63,666 bases of DNA from an uncultured Verrucomicrobiota bacterium (GCA_964519245.1 CAZFLK010000012.1:1-63666); one strand, 5' to 3'. Counted from the first letter of the stretch, positions 27,001 through 42,000 are shown. Notes: generated by a model from the letters alone, not told the origin. Numbers and translations: made by a program.

Positions 27001-30000
27001 AACGGCGCCACAATCGTGATCCTCCCGGATCTCACCACGGGCATGATCTCGGCGACCCAGACGGGGTCGGCCGGGGATTACGTGATTACCATCCGCGTTT
27101 ACGCCGACGGTTCGTCGACAACCAAGCAGGTGGCCGACGCAATCGACGACTTGGGCGACTGGGACGCCGCGGGTGGCTCCATGACCCAGAAGGTTGTTGG
27201 CGGTAATATCTCCAGGCTCGCCGACGGCCAGATCCGCGCCACCTTGCGCGCCCTGAGCCTCGACAACACCGCCTTCGCCAGCACGGATTACTTCAATATT
27301 CTTACCGGGCTGAACCGCCTGATGTTCCTCAGTGTGAACGACGTTACGCCAGCGATTGGCGGCAACCGTCTTGGCAACCAGATCGGCGGGGGTAAGACCG
27401 TGACATCGTCCGACGGAACGGAAACCGCACTGCTCGCCAACACCGTCATTCTTAGCGCCGGCAACAACGCCGCCTATCGTCTGGACTCCAACGGCGCCGC
27501 CGATGTGGGTGAACAGTTCCAGATCGAGAAGCTCATGAACGGCGACTATCAGGTGACCTTCCTGATCGACGGCGTCACGCAGAAGGTCGAGGAATTCTCG
27601 GGAGCGGCCGCTTTCTACTTCGACGGCGGCGGGGGAGACGATCGACTCATCATCGATCCCAGCGTCGATGTGCCGGTGATCGCCTTCGGCGGCGATGGCA
27701 ATGATTACCTGATCGGATCGAGTGACGCCTCGGTCAACAACAAACTGGATGGCGGCACCGGCGACGATACGCTTGTCAGCACGGCCGCCGCCGACACCTT
27801 GGTTGGCGGCACGGGCAACGACACCTTCATCCTGAAGGCCGGTTGGGGCGACGACACCATCGTGGAACTGCCGGACGAGGGCGACGACACCATCAATCTC
27901 GCCGATCCGAGCCTCGCCAACCTGCAGGTTACGGTGACCTTGACCGCCAACATCACGATCACCGACGGCCTGAACACCCTCAGTCACGCAGGCGCGCGCA
28001 TCGAGAACTTCATTGCCGATCCCGCCGCGGCGGCCCTGCATCGCTTCAACGTCAACCTGCCCGGCTCCGCGTTGACGCTCCGGCCGGACTACCTGACGCC
28101 CGGATCCCGGACGCCGATACAGTATGTCGGATTTGACGCCCTGGAGATCGTGGCGATTGACGGGCAGGTGACCGTTGATGAGCGACTCGAGTTTGCCGGC
28201 GACTTTGTGATCCGCACCGGCAACCTGCAGCTCAATGATTCCATTCGCGCGGCGGGCCTGCTGCTGGATCTCTCACAGATCCTCCGCGTTGTTCAGCCGG
28301 AGTCGCTCGACCATGGATCGGGCAGCCCGATCGTGCTCGATGCCGACAACCTGAGAATCCTGCATGACGCCGGGGTCGGTCAACCGGATCATCCGGTGGT
28401 GATCGACAGCGATGTCTTAGAAGTCATAACCGATGGGACGAATGCCAATGCGGCCGGCGTCTATCTGGTTGAATTGGACGGAACGTCAATCGGTAACGTG
28501 GACATCGACGGCGATATCGCGGGCTACGACCAAGCCGAAACCGATTCCGGCATTCGCACCCTGGGTGGCGACGTTTCCATCCTGAACCTCGGCGGCCAGT
28601 TGGCGGTGGCGAACACCGGCGCTGTCGGCATCGAAGCGGGTGGCGGTGACATCACCCTCACGACTCAACTCATCGATATCCAGGCGCCGTTGCGCAGTTG
28701 GTATCTCTGGAACGAGGGGGCAACCGAGGGCAACGACCTCAACCGTGGCACGCTCCTGATCCAGCCGGTTGATGAGCTCTCGAAGATCGGACTGGCCGAC
28801 GACGCCTACACCGCCCTGAGCGATCAGGACCTCGTGCAGGACAGCATCCTGCACCTCAAGGCATCCGAACTCGATTACATCATCGACGGCTTTGCCGGAA
28901 GCCTGACCGGTGAGTTCGATGGCATCACCATCGGCCGCAGCGATGGCCGCCACAAGGTCGAGATCGGAACCTACGCGTTCCGCGACTCCGTGACCATCCG
29001 CGCGCCGAAGTCGCCCGGCGGCATGAATGTGGTCGGCACGTTCAGCACGATCGCCGACGCGCGTATCCGGTTCATCGGGGCCTTCGCCACCACCGTGCTG
29101 GACGCCGATGTCTATACCAACGGCGACGACAAGCTGTTCAACGACAGCGTCCGTGTCGGCGCCGGCAAGGATGTCGTGGTCAGCACCGGTCCTTTGGGCG
29201 GTGACATCACCATCGAGGGACGTCTGGACGGCACAGCCGACGGCAGCGGTTTGAAGGAAAGTCTCACCATCATCGCCGGCTCCGGCAACCTGGTGATCAA
29301 GGGCGATATCGGCGGCGTTGAACCGCTGGAGAACCTGACCATCATCTCCGCCGGCGAGGTCGCCATCCACGGCAGCGTCAACGTGCGCGGCAAGTTCCGG
29401 ATCATCCGGACCACCGGCGTCACCGATTTGGGCGTCCCGTTGACCGTCGGCGGCCCCGTCGGCGATGTGACCGTGGGCGAACTTGATTTCGCCACCGAGT
29501 CCAACATCGTTTTCGAGGGTAATGTGACCCAGACGGGAACCAATGCGATGGTTCTCGAAACCACTGGCGTCAACGGTTCCGTCACCTTCAAGCAGAACCT
29601 GACCACGGCCGGCGACCTGCGGGTGACGACCGCCGCCAATGTCCTGTTCAGCGGCACGGCCAATATTGGCGGCGCGATGATTCAGAACGCCGGAACCACC
29701 ACGGTGTTCAAGGGCGCGGTCACCGCGGATTCCTACGACATCACCACCGCCGATCTGAGCTTCGACTCCACCGTTGCCGTCGCCGCAGGCAACAACATCC
29801 TGCTTACCGCCAATGAGATCAACTTCAAGGGCGGCGTCGGATCGGTGACCAGCGCTGACATGACCAGCGTCATCACCCTCCGGCCGAATTCACACGTGAT
29901 TCCGATCAACCTCGGTACCGCCGCCGGCGTTAGCTCCAACTCGCTGGACCTCAGCAAGGCCGATCTCGACGCGATTCATTCCAACTTCGCCGAGGTGCGG

Positions 30001-33000
30001 ATTGGCTGGAACGAATTGACCACGGTGAGCTCCGGCGGCGCGGACAACGCCAAGGCCGCGGTAGAGATCGTCTCGCCAGGCGTCCTCAACGACCTGATCT
30101 TCACTGCGCGCGTCGACGGCGCGGCCTTCAACGGCGTCATCGTCCAGATCTTCGATGACGGAACCTTCACGACAAACGTCGCCGAGGCGCGCTACTTTGA
30201 CGCCACCAAGATCCTGGCCATCAATGTCAGCCTGACGAACACGACAGCGGCGACCGTTTTGGATGCAGTGAACAACCACACCAAAATGAACCTCACCGCC
30301 ACGGAATACACCGCCGCGACGCGGCCGTTCACGGTCTCGGGTGGAGCCGACTATGGGGCGGGAACCGGCGACTTTGTCACGGTGATCAGCGATGTGACCG
30401 CGGGCGGCTCCGATGCGGCCAAGGCGACCGGTGTCCTGGAGATTTCCGGATTGATAGGCGGGGCTGTCAATGACCTGAACTTGACCGCGGACGCAAACGG
30501 CGCGGCCTCGAACGGAACGCTCTTCAAGCTGGTCAACGCAAATGTGGCCATGCCGACCGCCATGGAGGCCGGCGGCGTGATCACGGTCACCGCACGGTTG
30601 TCCGACTACGGCGCCGACCTCGCCCATGGCATCGCCGACATCATCACGGCGATCGACACGACTTCCTTCACCGCGCTCGCGGCGGCGACTGATCCGGATC
30701 TGAGCGGAACCCTCGAGATCGGCGAAGGAGCCATCGGCAGCAAGGCCGTCTTCCATGCCAAGAGCATCGAAGTCACCGGCAACTTCTCGGTGGCGGACGA
30801 GGCGACCCTCAACGCGATTTACGGCGATGTCGAAACGCCGGGATTGGCCGTCCTTACGACGACGGATCTCAACGTGAACGCCGCCGGCTCCATTCGACTG
30901 AACACCGCGGTCGCAGACATCGACGCCCATGCCTCGGCCAACGGCAATATCGTCATCAGCGAGGCCGATTCGATCGACGTCACACGACTCCTTGCGGTGA
31001 ATGGCGATATCTCCCTCTTCACTGCGGCCGGCAATATCACGCTGACCGCGGCCGGCAGCGGCATCACGGCGCTGGGCAGCGATGTGATTCTGCAAGCGGC
31101 GGACTCCGTGCAGCAGGACAACGTCATCGTCAGCAGTTCCGGTTCGATCGGCGTTGAGGCGGTTGCCGGATCGGTCGCCATGGGGGCCGGAACATCGACA
31201 ACCACCGGGGGCGGCAACATCCGCTACGCTGCGGCGCAGGATCTCAGCCTCACCACGCTTGATGCGGGCGCCGGCAAGGTCAGCCTGATCGCAACGTCCG
31301 GTTCGGTGAATGATGTGAACGGCGCCACACTGAACATCACCGCAGCCGCACTGCGCTTCGAAGTTGGGGCCGCTCTCGCCTCGGGCGCAGATCCGCTGGA
31401 GATCACGGTCGACATGCTGGCGGGCTCCGCGGCGACGGGCGCCTTCATCAACGAGGCGGACGGACTTGAGATCACGGACGTGTCGGTTGTGACGACCTTC
31501 CTGAACAGCAACCTCGTCATGACCACGCAAACCGACGACACGTTGTCCGGAGTTGCCACGACGAACGATGGTCCGGTGATCGTCGAGGTCGCCATGGGCG
31601 ATCTGACCGTGAGTTCGCCGGTTGCGGCGCACGGCTCCGGCAACGTCCGCCTTGCCGCGCTGGCCGGTGGTTCCACCGCGACGGTCAATGCGGCGGTCGG
31701 TTCCGGGGCGGGCCACATCACCCTGTTGGCCCAGATGAATATCAGCCTGGGCGCCGGCGGCTCGCTCATGACCACCGGCGGCACGATCGATGTCGAGGCC
31801 GAAGAGGCTGGCGGCACGATTTCAATGACCAACGGCGCGGTGACCCGCACGGACGGCGGCGTGATCCGCTATGCCGCGGACGGCGATATCTCGATCGCGG
31901 GCCTCGAAGCTGGCGGCGGTTCGATCAGCGTGGTGTCCACGAATGGCGCAATCCTCGACAACGGCGACGGCGCGGTCGATCTGGTGGCGGACAACCTGCG
32001 CCTTGTGTCGGGTGATTCGATCGGCCTGCCGGGCAACGCGCTGGACACCCGAGTGACGACGTTCGCCGCATCGGCCGGCGATGGCGGCCTGTTCCTCTCC
32101 GAGGCGGATGGTCTGGTTGTTGATGAAGTTTCCGCGATCACCGTGAACCGGGTTGCGGCCGACGCAACGACCCCGGTCGGCATGCAGAAAACGGATGACG
32201 CACTCAGTGACCTGGTCGCGACCGGAGCTGGTCATCTCACGGTGTCGACCCTGAACGGATCGCTCACCATCAACGATGGCAACACCGACCTCATGGGCGC
32301 CACCGGCATCGGCGTCCAGTCCGCGAATGGGAATATCTTGCTCCGCGCCGCGACCTCCGAGGGCAATGACAAGGACATCACCTTGAACGCTGCGGTGAAA
32401 TCAGCCGCCGGCAGCATCAGCGTCATCGCCAACAACAGTGTGACGATCGAGGCTGACGGCGACATCCAGACGGCGGGAGTCGGAACGGTCGAAGTCGAGG
32501 CGACGAATGGCGGCGTGACCATGAACGGCGATGCGATGGGATCGGACGCCGCTTCCATCTCGACGGCCAACCAGAACATCCGCGTCAAGGCGGCCAGCGA
32601 CATCCTGCTCGGCATGGTCGACGCCGGATCTGGAGAGGTCAGCTTGGAAGCCCTTTCCGGAACGATAACCGATAACGGCGACATCGCGCTTGATGTGATT
32701 GCCGGTTCCGCCCGACTCAAGGCGTCGATCGGCATTGGAGCGAGCGGCAATCCGTTGGAGATCGAAACCGGAACATTGGCGGCTTCAGCCGGATTCGGCG
32801 GCGTCTATCTCACGGAACAGACAGCCGTGACGATCGGCGAGGTGGGAATCGTTGCCGCGAATCGGGTGAACGCCATGGGCGCCGTCGTCGCCGTCAATGA
32901 CGCCGCGATTCTGGAAGGCCTGAAGACTGTTGCCTCGAACGGTCGCATCGTGCTGGTGACTGTGGACGGTTCCATATCGGTGGTTCGCACAGTGCAGTCA

Positions 33001-36000
33001 CACGGAACGGGCAACATCCTGCTCAAAGCCGGAACCGCCGGCGCGAACGACAAGGATATTGATCTGAACGCCCCGGTGATGTCCTCCGGCGGCCGCATCA
33101 CGATTCTGGCGAACAATGACGTTGCACAATCGATCGCCATGGTCGGCGCGACGCAGGGCGATATCACGACCCCGGGCGGTGGCATCGATGTCGAGGCGAC
33201 ACACGGCTCCATCACGATGACGAACGGCGTGAAGACCCAAGCCGATGGCGGAGTGATCCGCTACAAGGCGGCCGGTGATGTTTCCATCGGCGGGTTGCTC
33301 GCTGCGGGCGGTTCGGTGAGCGTTATTGCCACAACCGGCGACATCCTGGATCTGGGCGATGCGCACAAGGATATTGTCGCCAACGAGTCCCGCCTGGTCG
33401 CTGGCGCTGGCATTGGCGAAAGCGACGATCATCTGGAGATCGCCGTCACGACCGTCGCGGCGCAGGCCGCCGGCGATGGCATTTACTTGCTGGACGACGA
33501 CGCGATCACCGTCGGCGCCGTGGGGCCGGTCGCTTTCCATCGGGTGGCGGCCACCGGCGCGGCGTCCGTGCAGACGGATGCCCAACTGACCGGCGCGGGC
33601 ACAACTGCGGGCAACGGCAACATCGTGGTCGGCACGGTTGCCGGCGGCGTGACCGTGTCCCAGAGCGTCGTGGCGCACGGAGCCGGGAACATTCTGCTGC
33701 GGGCCGTCGGCGCGACTTCGGATATCGCCCTGACCGCTCCCGTTTCGACCTCGACCGGCAGCATTTCAGTGATCGCCGATCGCAATGTGCGCCAAGAGGT
33801 GAAAGGCGATCTGACGGTCGGCGGAACCGGAACCATCGACGTCGAGGCGGCGGGCGGCACGATCGTGATGGTCGACGACCAGGCCGCCATGAATCCGGAC
33901 AGCGCCACCGCGACGACCGCGGGCGGCTCCATCCTCTACGTCGCGGAAGGCGATATTACGCTCGGAGCTTTGAACGTCGGCGCGACGGGAGCCATCCAGA
34001 TCGATTCCGCAAGCGGGTCGGTCCTGGACGCGGGAGACACTGAAGTCGACGTCACGGCAATGACTGTTCGCTTTACCGCAGGAAACGGCGTCGGGACAGG
34101 CGATGCATTGGATCTGGCTGTGGATGTGTTGGCGGCGAGCGCCGGAAACGGCGGGGTCTTCCTGCTCGACCGGGATGCGGTGACCGTTGGTTCGGTCGCA
34201 GGAGCGCAGGTGAGCCGGGTCGGGGGCATGGGGATCGCCAGCGATCATCCGGTCGCAGCGGCGGCCGACCTCGTCGGTGTCATGACCGTCGCTGTGGCGC
34301 CGGGCGTGGGCGTGTTCGTCTCGGCCGTTGATGGCGTCACAGCCAACGGTGCGGCGGCGGCCAATGCCACACTTGAACTCCTTTCCACCGGAGCCATCAA
34401 TGACATCCTGTTCGAAGCGCGGGAGACCGGCGTGGAATGGAACGGCGCCGAGATCCGGATCGAGGACGATGCGGCGTTGAGCGGCGATGTTGCGGAAGTC
34501 CGGTTCTATGACGAAGCCAATCCGCTCGATCCGATGGATGCGCGGAAGATCCTCGTCATCAAAGTCAGCTTCAACGAAACCACCGCGGCCACGGTCATCG
34601 ACGCGGTGAATGCTCACACGTTGAAGAATGGCGCCGCGGTCGAATTCACGCCGGCTGAGCGTCCGTTCACGGCCTCTCCGGGCGGCGACTTTGGCGCTGT
34701 CGGCGGCCACGTCGCCGTGCGGACGACCAATGGTTCCCTTACGGTCAGTGAGGCCGTCAGTGGCGCGGGCGCCAGCAACATCCTGCTCGAAGCCGGGACC
34801 ACGGCCGCCAATGACAAGGACGTTGTCCTCGGCGCCGCGGTCACATCCGGCGGCGGCAGCGTGACCATCCTGGCCAATCACGACATTCTGCAGGCCGCGG
34901 CCGCCGACATCACGACCATGGGCGACGGCACGATCGAGATGGAAGCGACCCACGGGTCCATCACCATGAGCGACGCCGCGGCGGACAGCGCCTTCGCGAC
35001 CACGGCAGGCGGCAACATTCGCCTCCTCGCCGGAATGGATGTCAATCTGGGCGGCGTCGACGCGTCCGGCGGCGACGTCAGTGTTGTTGCGGCGGGCGGT
35101 TCGATCACGGACAACGGCGATTCGGCGGTGGATGTGACGGCTGCTTCGTTGAGGCTGGAGGCGGCCAACGGCATCGGGACGGGCGCCGGCCATCTGGACG
35201 TTGCCGTTGAGAGGATTGCCGCCCAGGCGGCCGGCGGCGGCGTGTTTGTCACCGAGGCCGATGGCGTGACCGTGGATTCCATCCCGGGTGTCGCGGTCCA
35301 TCGCGTGGCGTCGCTGGGTTCGACTTCGACGGTGACGAACGATCAGGCCTTGGCCGGCTTGAGGACTACGCAGGGCAGCGGGGACATCGTTCTGGCGACC
35401 TTGGCCGGCGATCTCGCCGTCGTCCAACCAGTGACCGCGCATGGCGCCGGAAATATCCGCGTCGATGCCTTCAACGATCTGGCCGTTCAGGCTGCCATCG
35501 GGAGCACGAGCGGAAACATCTCACTCAGCGCCGGCGGCAGCCTGACGCAGACATCCGCCGGCGTCATCGCCACCGGCGACGGCACGATTGATGTTCAGGC
35601 GACGACCGGTTCGATCGCTATGAGCGCCGGCGCTGTCGCGGTGACCTTGAACCGCAACATCCGCTACCAGGCGGGAACGGATGTCAGCCTTGGCCTGCTC
35701 AACGCTGGCTCCGGGAACGTGGCGGTGATCGCCGGCGGATCCATCAGCGACAACGATGCGGAGGCCTTGAACGTATCGGGCGCCGAAGTCCGGTTGGAGG
35801 CCGCCGCCGGAATCGGAACGGGCTCCAACGCGATCGATGTCGCCGCTGGAACCCTCGCCGTCGCGGGCGGCGCGGACGGTGTCTTCCTGAGCGAAGCCGA
35901 TGCCCTGACGGTCGGTGAAGTGGCGGATGTCCGCATCTCTCGCGTGCAACTGGATGGGTCGGATGTCCTCACACCGGTGGTTGCAGGACCGAATCTGGCG

Positions 36001-39000
36001 GGCATCGCGGCCGTTGGCGGCGACGGTTCGATCGTGCTGCGGACGAAGAACGGCAGCCTGATTGTGGATCGGGCAATCTCGGCCGCTGGACTCGGCAATG
36101 TTCTCCTACAGGCCCGGTCCGGATCGGCGACCCATGACAAGGATCTGACGATCAACGCGTCCGTCAGTTCCGTCATGGGCAGCGTCAGCCTGATCGCCGA
36201 CCGCGATATTCTGCAGAATGTCGCGGGCGATGTGACGGTTGGCGGCGCGGGCACGATCGATGCCCAGGCGCAGAACGGCTCCATCACGATGGTTGACAAT
36301 GCCGCCGACAGCGCGGCCGCGACGACGGCGGGCGGCAACGTTCGTTACGTCGCCTCGGGCGATGTCCTGGTCGGCTCCTTGAACGCCGCCGCCGGAAACA
36401 TCAGCGTCATCGCAGGCGGCGACATTCTCGACAATGGCGACACCCTGGCCGACCTGATCGGCGTGAACCTGAGACTGGACGCCGCCGGCTCCGTGGCGCG
36501 CGGTTCGAATCATCTGGAAACGGCCGTTGCCACCCTGGCCGCCCGCGCCGTGAAGGGACTCTACCTGACCGAGGTCAGCGACCTGGCGATCGACACGGTT
36601 TCGGCGATCTCGGTCAATCGCGTCGACATGGACGGAACGGTTCCGGCCGGCATGATCCGGACGAACATTGCCCTGAGCGAGATTCGCATCACCGAGAATG
36701 GCAACCTGGTTCTCGATCTGACGAATGGAACGCTTTCGGTCGAGAAAGCGATCGTCACCGAAGGCAATGGCAACATCCGCTTGACCGCGCAGACAACGGG
36801 CGCCAACGACAAGGACATCGCGCTGAACGCGCCGGTCACCTCGACGACGCGCAATGTCACCTTGATTGCCAACCGCAATGTCACCCAGACTCCTGCGGGC
36901 GATGTCACGGCCGGCGGAACGTTGGACGTTGAGGCGGAGTCCGGTTCGATCGTGATGACGGACGGAGCCGTGTCGCAGACGCAGGGCGGAGCGATTCGTT
37001 TGCGCGCAGCGCAGAATGTGACCCTCGGAGGATTGATCGGCGGCGACGGCGACGTCAGTGTGACGGCGGTTGCGGGCTCGATCGTCAGCGCCGGTACGAT
37101 GGACACGGAGATCATGGCCGGTCGGGCGCGGTTGAATGCCGGCATCGGCATCGGCCTTGGCGCGGACCACCTCCAGACGGCCGTCGATGTCCTGGCTGCG
37201 CGGGCGACCTCCGGCGGCGTCTTCCTGCAGGACGGGGACAATCTGACCGTGGATGCGATCGGTGCCATCTCCGTCAGTCGCGTCGACTCCAACGGCTCCA
37301 CACCGACCTTGTTGCGCCAGACCGACGCCGCCCTGACCGAGGTCCGCACGTCTGCGGGCAATGGAGCCATCGTCCTCAGCACGGCGGATGGAACGCTGAC
37401 GTTGAACCAGGCGGTGGTTGCACATGGCGCAGGCCCTGTTCGCCTCGAATCGAAGACCTCCGGCGCCAACGACAAGGATATCGCGCTGAACGCTGCGGTT
37501 GCTTCGGGAACCGGCGACATCAGCATCCTCGCCAATCGGAATATCAGTCAGATCGTGGTCGGCGACGTCAACACGAATGGCGGCACGATCGACCTGCTGG
37601 CGAGCAACGGTTCGGTCAACATGGCCAATGGCGCGGTGACCAACGCCGCGTCCGGAGCGATCCGGGTCGAGGCGGCCGTGAACGTCACGCTCGGAGGCCT
37701 GGCGGCGAACGCAGTCAGCGTGATCGCAACCAACGGAGCCATCCTTGACGGCGGCGATCAGGATGTCGATGTGGCGGCCGGACGCGCGCGCCTGGTGTCC
37801 TCGAATGGAATCGGAACCGGTTCCGACGCCCTGGAGACTGCGGTGACGACCCTGGCGGCGAACGCCGGAACCGGCGGTCAGTTCTACCTCGAACTGGACG
37901 GCATGGTCATCGATACCGTGGCTGCGATCACCGTGAACCGCATCGACGTCGATGGCGGCATCGCCTCGATGCCGACGGACGCCGCCTTGAGCGACCTGGT
38001 TGCGGACGGCCACATCGTCCTGCAGACCCTGGACGGCTCCATCACGGTGAACGAGGGATTGGCGCCGCTTGGCGGCCTGGTTTCGCTCGGCGGCAACATC
38101 CTCCTCGAGGCCCGCACCGCCGGCGCGGATGACAAGTTCATCCAGATCAACGCTCCGATCGCCGCGAATGCCGGCTCGATCTCCCTGTTGGCCAACCAGG
38201 ACGTCAATCAGGCGGCGGCGGGCGACCTCTCCGTTGGGATGGCCGGAACCATCGATGTCCAGGCCAGGACTGGAAGCGTAACCATGGTTGACGGGGCCAC
38301 GGCGACCACGGCTGGCAGAAATATCCGTTACGAGGCGGAAGTCGATGTCACGCTCGGAGGCCTGGACGCGGCGACCGGCGCGGTTGTTGTCGAAGCCGGG
38401 CGCAACGTGATCGACGGCGGATCGATGGACAAGGATGTGATGGCTTCCGCCCTGCGCATTGTCGCCGGCAGCGGGATCGGAACGCTCGCCAACGCCCTCG
38501 ACACTGCGGTCGACGCGGTGGCTGCATTGTCCGGCAATGGCGGCGTCTTCCTGACGGACGACAATGATCTGGCGGTCGGCGTCGTGGCGGGGGCGCAGGT
38601 CGGGCGGGTGACCCGTTCCGGCGCGATAACGCCACATCTCGACCCGGCTTCGGACGATCTCTCCGGGATCGTCACCGGCGCGACCGGGCAGGTGGTTCTC
38701 ACCTCGTTGGCCGGAACGCTCACGACCGTGAACGCGACCATCGAAACCGATGTCTTGACCGCCGCCGCGCCCGGTCAGATCTCCCTGGATACGAACGTCA
38801 ATGAGATCGTGGCCGAGACGACCGGCGACAGCCCGATCGAGATTCGCGAGTTCGACGGACTTACCGCGGTCGACATCGACGCCGGCGCGAACGACGTCAC
38901 GTTGACGGCCGGCGGTTCGGTGACGGATGGCGACGCCATGGTCGACGTGCAGGCGCGGACGCTGACCGCGACGGTGAACGGCGGCGTGGGGACCGGCGAT

Positions 39001-42000
39001 CATCGCCTCCAGACCGCCGTAACAAACCTCAATCTCGACACCTCCTTGGCGGATGGAGACCAATGGCTCGATGAGTCGGATGCGTTGGCTTCGTTGAACT
39101 TGGACGCCGGAATCGGAAACGTCGATCTGCTGGCGGGCGGAGCCATTCTCGATGGCGACATGGATGCGGATGTTCGCGCCACGACGTTGACGGTATTCAT
39201 CGATGGGGACTTCGGAGCCGGAACCGGCGCCGATGAAGCCATTGACACGGACGTGTCTCATCTGAACGTCGACACCACCCGGAACATGGCAAATGGCAGC
39301 CAGTGGATCGATGAGACGGACGGCTTGTCTACGTTGAACCTCAACGCCGGAATGGGCGATGTGACCTTGAGCGCCGACGGCAGTGTGCTGGACGGTGACG
39401 CCGAGGCCGATGTTCGCGCCACGACTCTCACGGCGACGGTCACTGGCGACTTCGGCGGTGGAGCGGCGGCCGACGACGCCATCGACACGGCCGTTGACAA
39501 TCTCAACGTGGACACCGCCGCGGTTGACGGCAGCCAATGGATCGACGAGGCCGATGGCTTGGCCACGCTGGATCTGGACGCCGGACTCGGCAATGTGACC
39601 CTGACCAGCGGCGGCGCGGTGACGGATGGCGACGCTCAATCGGATGTCCAGGCGATGACCCTGACCGCGGTCATCCAAGGCGCATTTGGCGCGCCGGGCG
39701 GCGGCGACAACAGCATCGACACGGCTGTGACGAACCTGAACGTCGATACAACCCATAACGCCGCCAACGGCAGTCAGTGGATTGACGAGACCAACGGCTT
39801 GGACACCTTGGACCTCAACGCGGGAACGGGTGATGTCACCCTGAGCGCGGGCGGGACGGTGGCCGATGGCGACGCCGGGGTGGATGTTCGCGCCACGACC
39901 CTGACGGCGACGATCGACGGCGACTTTGGCGCGATGGGCGGCGCGGATGCCGCCATCGACACTGCGGTGACCAACCTGAACGTGGACACGACGCTCAATA
40001 TGGCCGCCGGCAGCCAGTGGATCGATGAAGTCGATGGTTTGGAGACGTTGGATCTGGACGCTGGAACCGGTTCGGTGAATTTGAACAGCGGCGGCAAGGT
40101 GGTTGACGGCGATGACCAGGTTGACGTCCAAGCGACCACGCTGATTGCAACGATCGACGGCGACTTCGGAGCGATGGGCGGCGGGGACGCGAGCATCGAC
40201 ACCGCAGTGGATCACCTGAGCATCGACACAACGGTGGGTGGAGTGGATGGCGCCCAGTGGATTGACGAAGCGGATGGCCTCCTGACGTTGAACCTCAACG
40301 CTGGAACGGGCTCCATCACCTTGAACAGCGGCGGTCCCGTGATCGACGGCGATGCGGACGCCGACGTGCGGGCCATGACGCTGACGGCGACGATCGAGGG
40401 TGACTTCGGCGCCATGGGCGGCGGCGGCGCCAGCATCGACACGGCAGTTACCCACCTGAACGTGGATACCACGATCAATGGAGCCGACGGCAGCCAGTGG
40501 ATTGACGAGACCGATAGCTTGAGTTCCCTGGGCCTGGATGCCGGAACCGGCAACGTGACGTTGAACAGCGGGGGCTCGGTGACGGACGGCGATGCGCAGA
40601 CGGATGTGAACGCAACCACGCTGACGGCAACGATCAATGGTAATTTTGGCGCCGCCACAATGGCTGATGACGCCATCGATACGGCGGTCGAGAACCTGAA
40701 TGTGGATACCAGCCAGGCCAATGGCAGCCAGTGGCTCGACGAGGCCGATGGCTTGGCAACGCTCGACCTGAACGCCGGCGCCGGCGATGTGACGCTGACC
40801 AGTGGGGGCGCCGTGACGGATGGCGATGATCAGCCGGACGTGCGGGCGACTACCCTGACAGCGCGGATCGAAGGCGACTTCGGCGCGACGGGCGGCGGGG
40901 ACGCGAGCATCGACACCGCGGTCACTCACCTGAATGTGGACACGACGTTCAATATGGCCAACGGCAGCCAGTGGATCGACGAGGCCGATGGGCTGATGAC
41001 CCTGGATCTGAACGCTGGAACGGGTTCGGTGACGCTGAACAGCGGCGGTTCGGTGACGGACGGTGAAGCTCAAGCGGACGTCCGGGCGACCACTCTGACC
41101 GCGACGATCGAGGGCGACTTCGGCGCCATGGGCGGCGGCGACGCGGCGGTCGACACCGTTGTGACCCATTTGAATATCGACACGACGATCAACGGAGCTG
41201 ACGGCAGTCAGTGGATCGATGAGGCGGATGGTCTGGCCACGTTGGATCTGGCGGCGGGCGCGGGCAATGTGACTCTTAACAGCGGCGGCGCGGTGACGGA
41301 TGGCGACGCCGGGACGGACGTTCAGGCGGATGTGTTTGTCGCGGCCATCAAGGGCGCCTTCGGCGTCGTGGGCGGCGGCGACAACAGCATCGACACCGAT
41401 GTTTCGCAGTTGATCGTGGACACCGCGTTTGGCGGAGCCAACGGCAGCCAATGGATCGACGAGGTGGATGGATTGGCCGGCTTTGACCTGAACGCGGGGA
41501 CCGGCGATGTCACCCTGAATGCCGGAGGTTCGGTTCGTGATGGCGACGCCGCCCTGGACGTCCGGGCCACAACCTTCACGGCGACGATTGCGGGCGCTCT
41601 TGGAGGTCCTTCCGGCGGTTCGGACAGCATCGACACCAAGGTCGCTCACCTCAACGTCGATACGGCCATCGCGAATGGCGACCAGTGGGTCGATGAAGTC
41701 GATGATTTGATGTCGATTGATCTGGATGCCGGGGCTGGTTCGATCAACCTCGAGGCTGGCGGCTCCATTGAGGATGGCGACGCCGCGATCGATGTGGTCG
41801 CAGCGGCGGTCGCGTTCACTGCGGTAACCGGCATTGGCGCGCTGGCCCCGTTGGCCACGAACGTCCAGCAGATCTCGGCCGTCACTGGCAATGGCGACAT
41901 TGACATCGACAATGTTTCCGCAACCGCGGTGACGGCGACGCTCCTGCAGACCGGCGTTGGCGCAGTCGATCTCAGTCAGACCGGCGCGGGTTCGCTGACC

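Noticed and set aside
38850-41830. Regular repeats as a possible CRISPR array
   Set aside because: Units are 234/240 nt, in-frame, vary mostly at synonymous sites and have no unique spacers; no cas genes.
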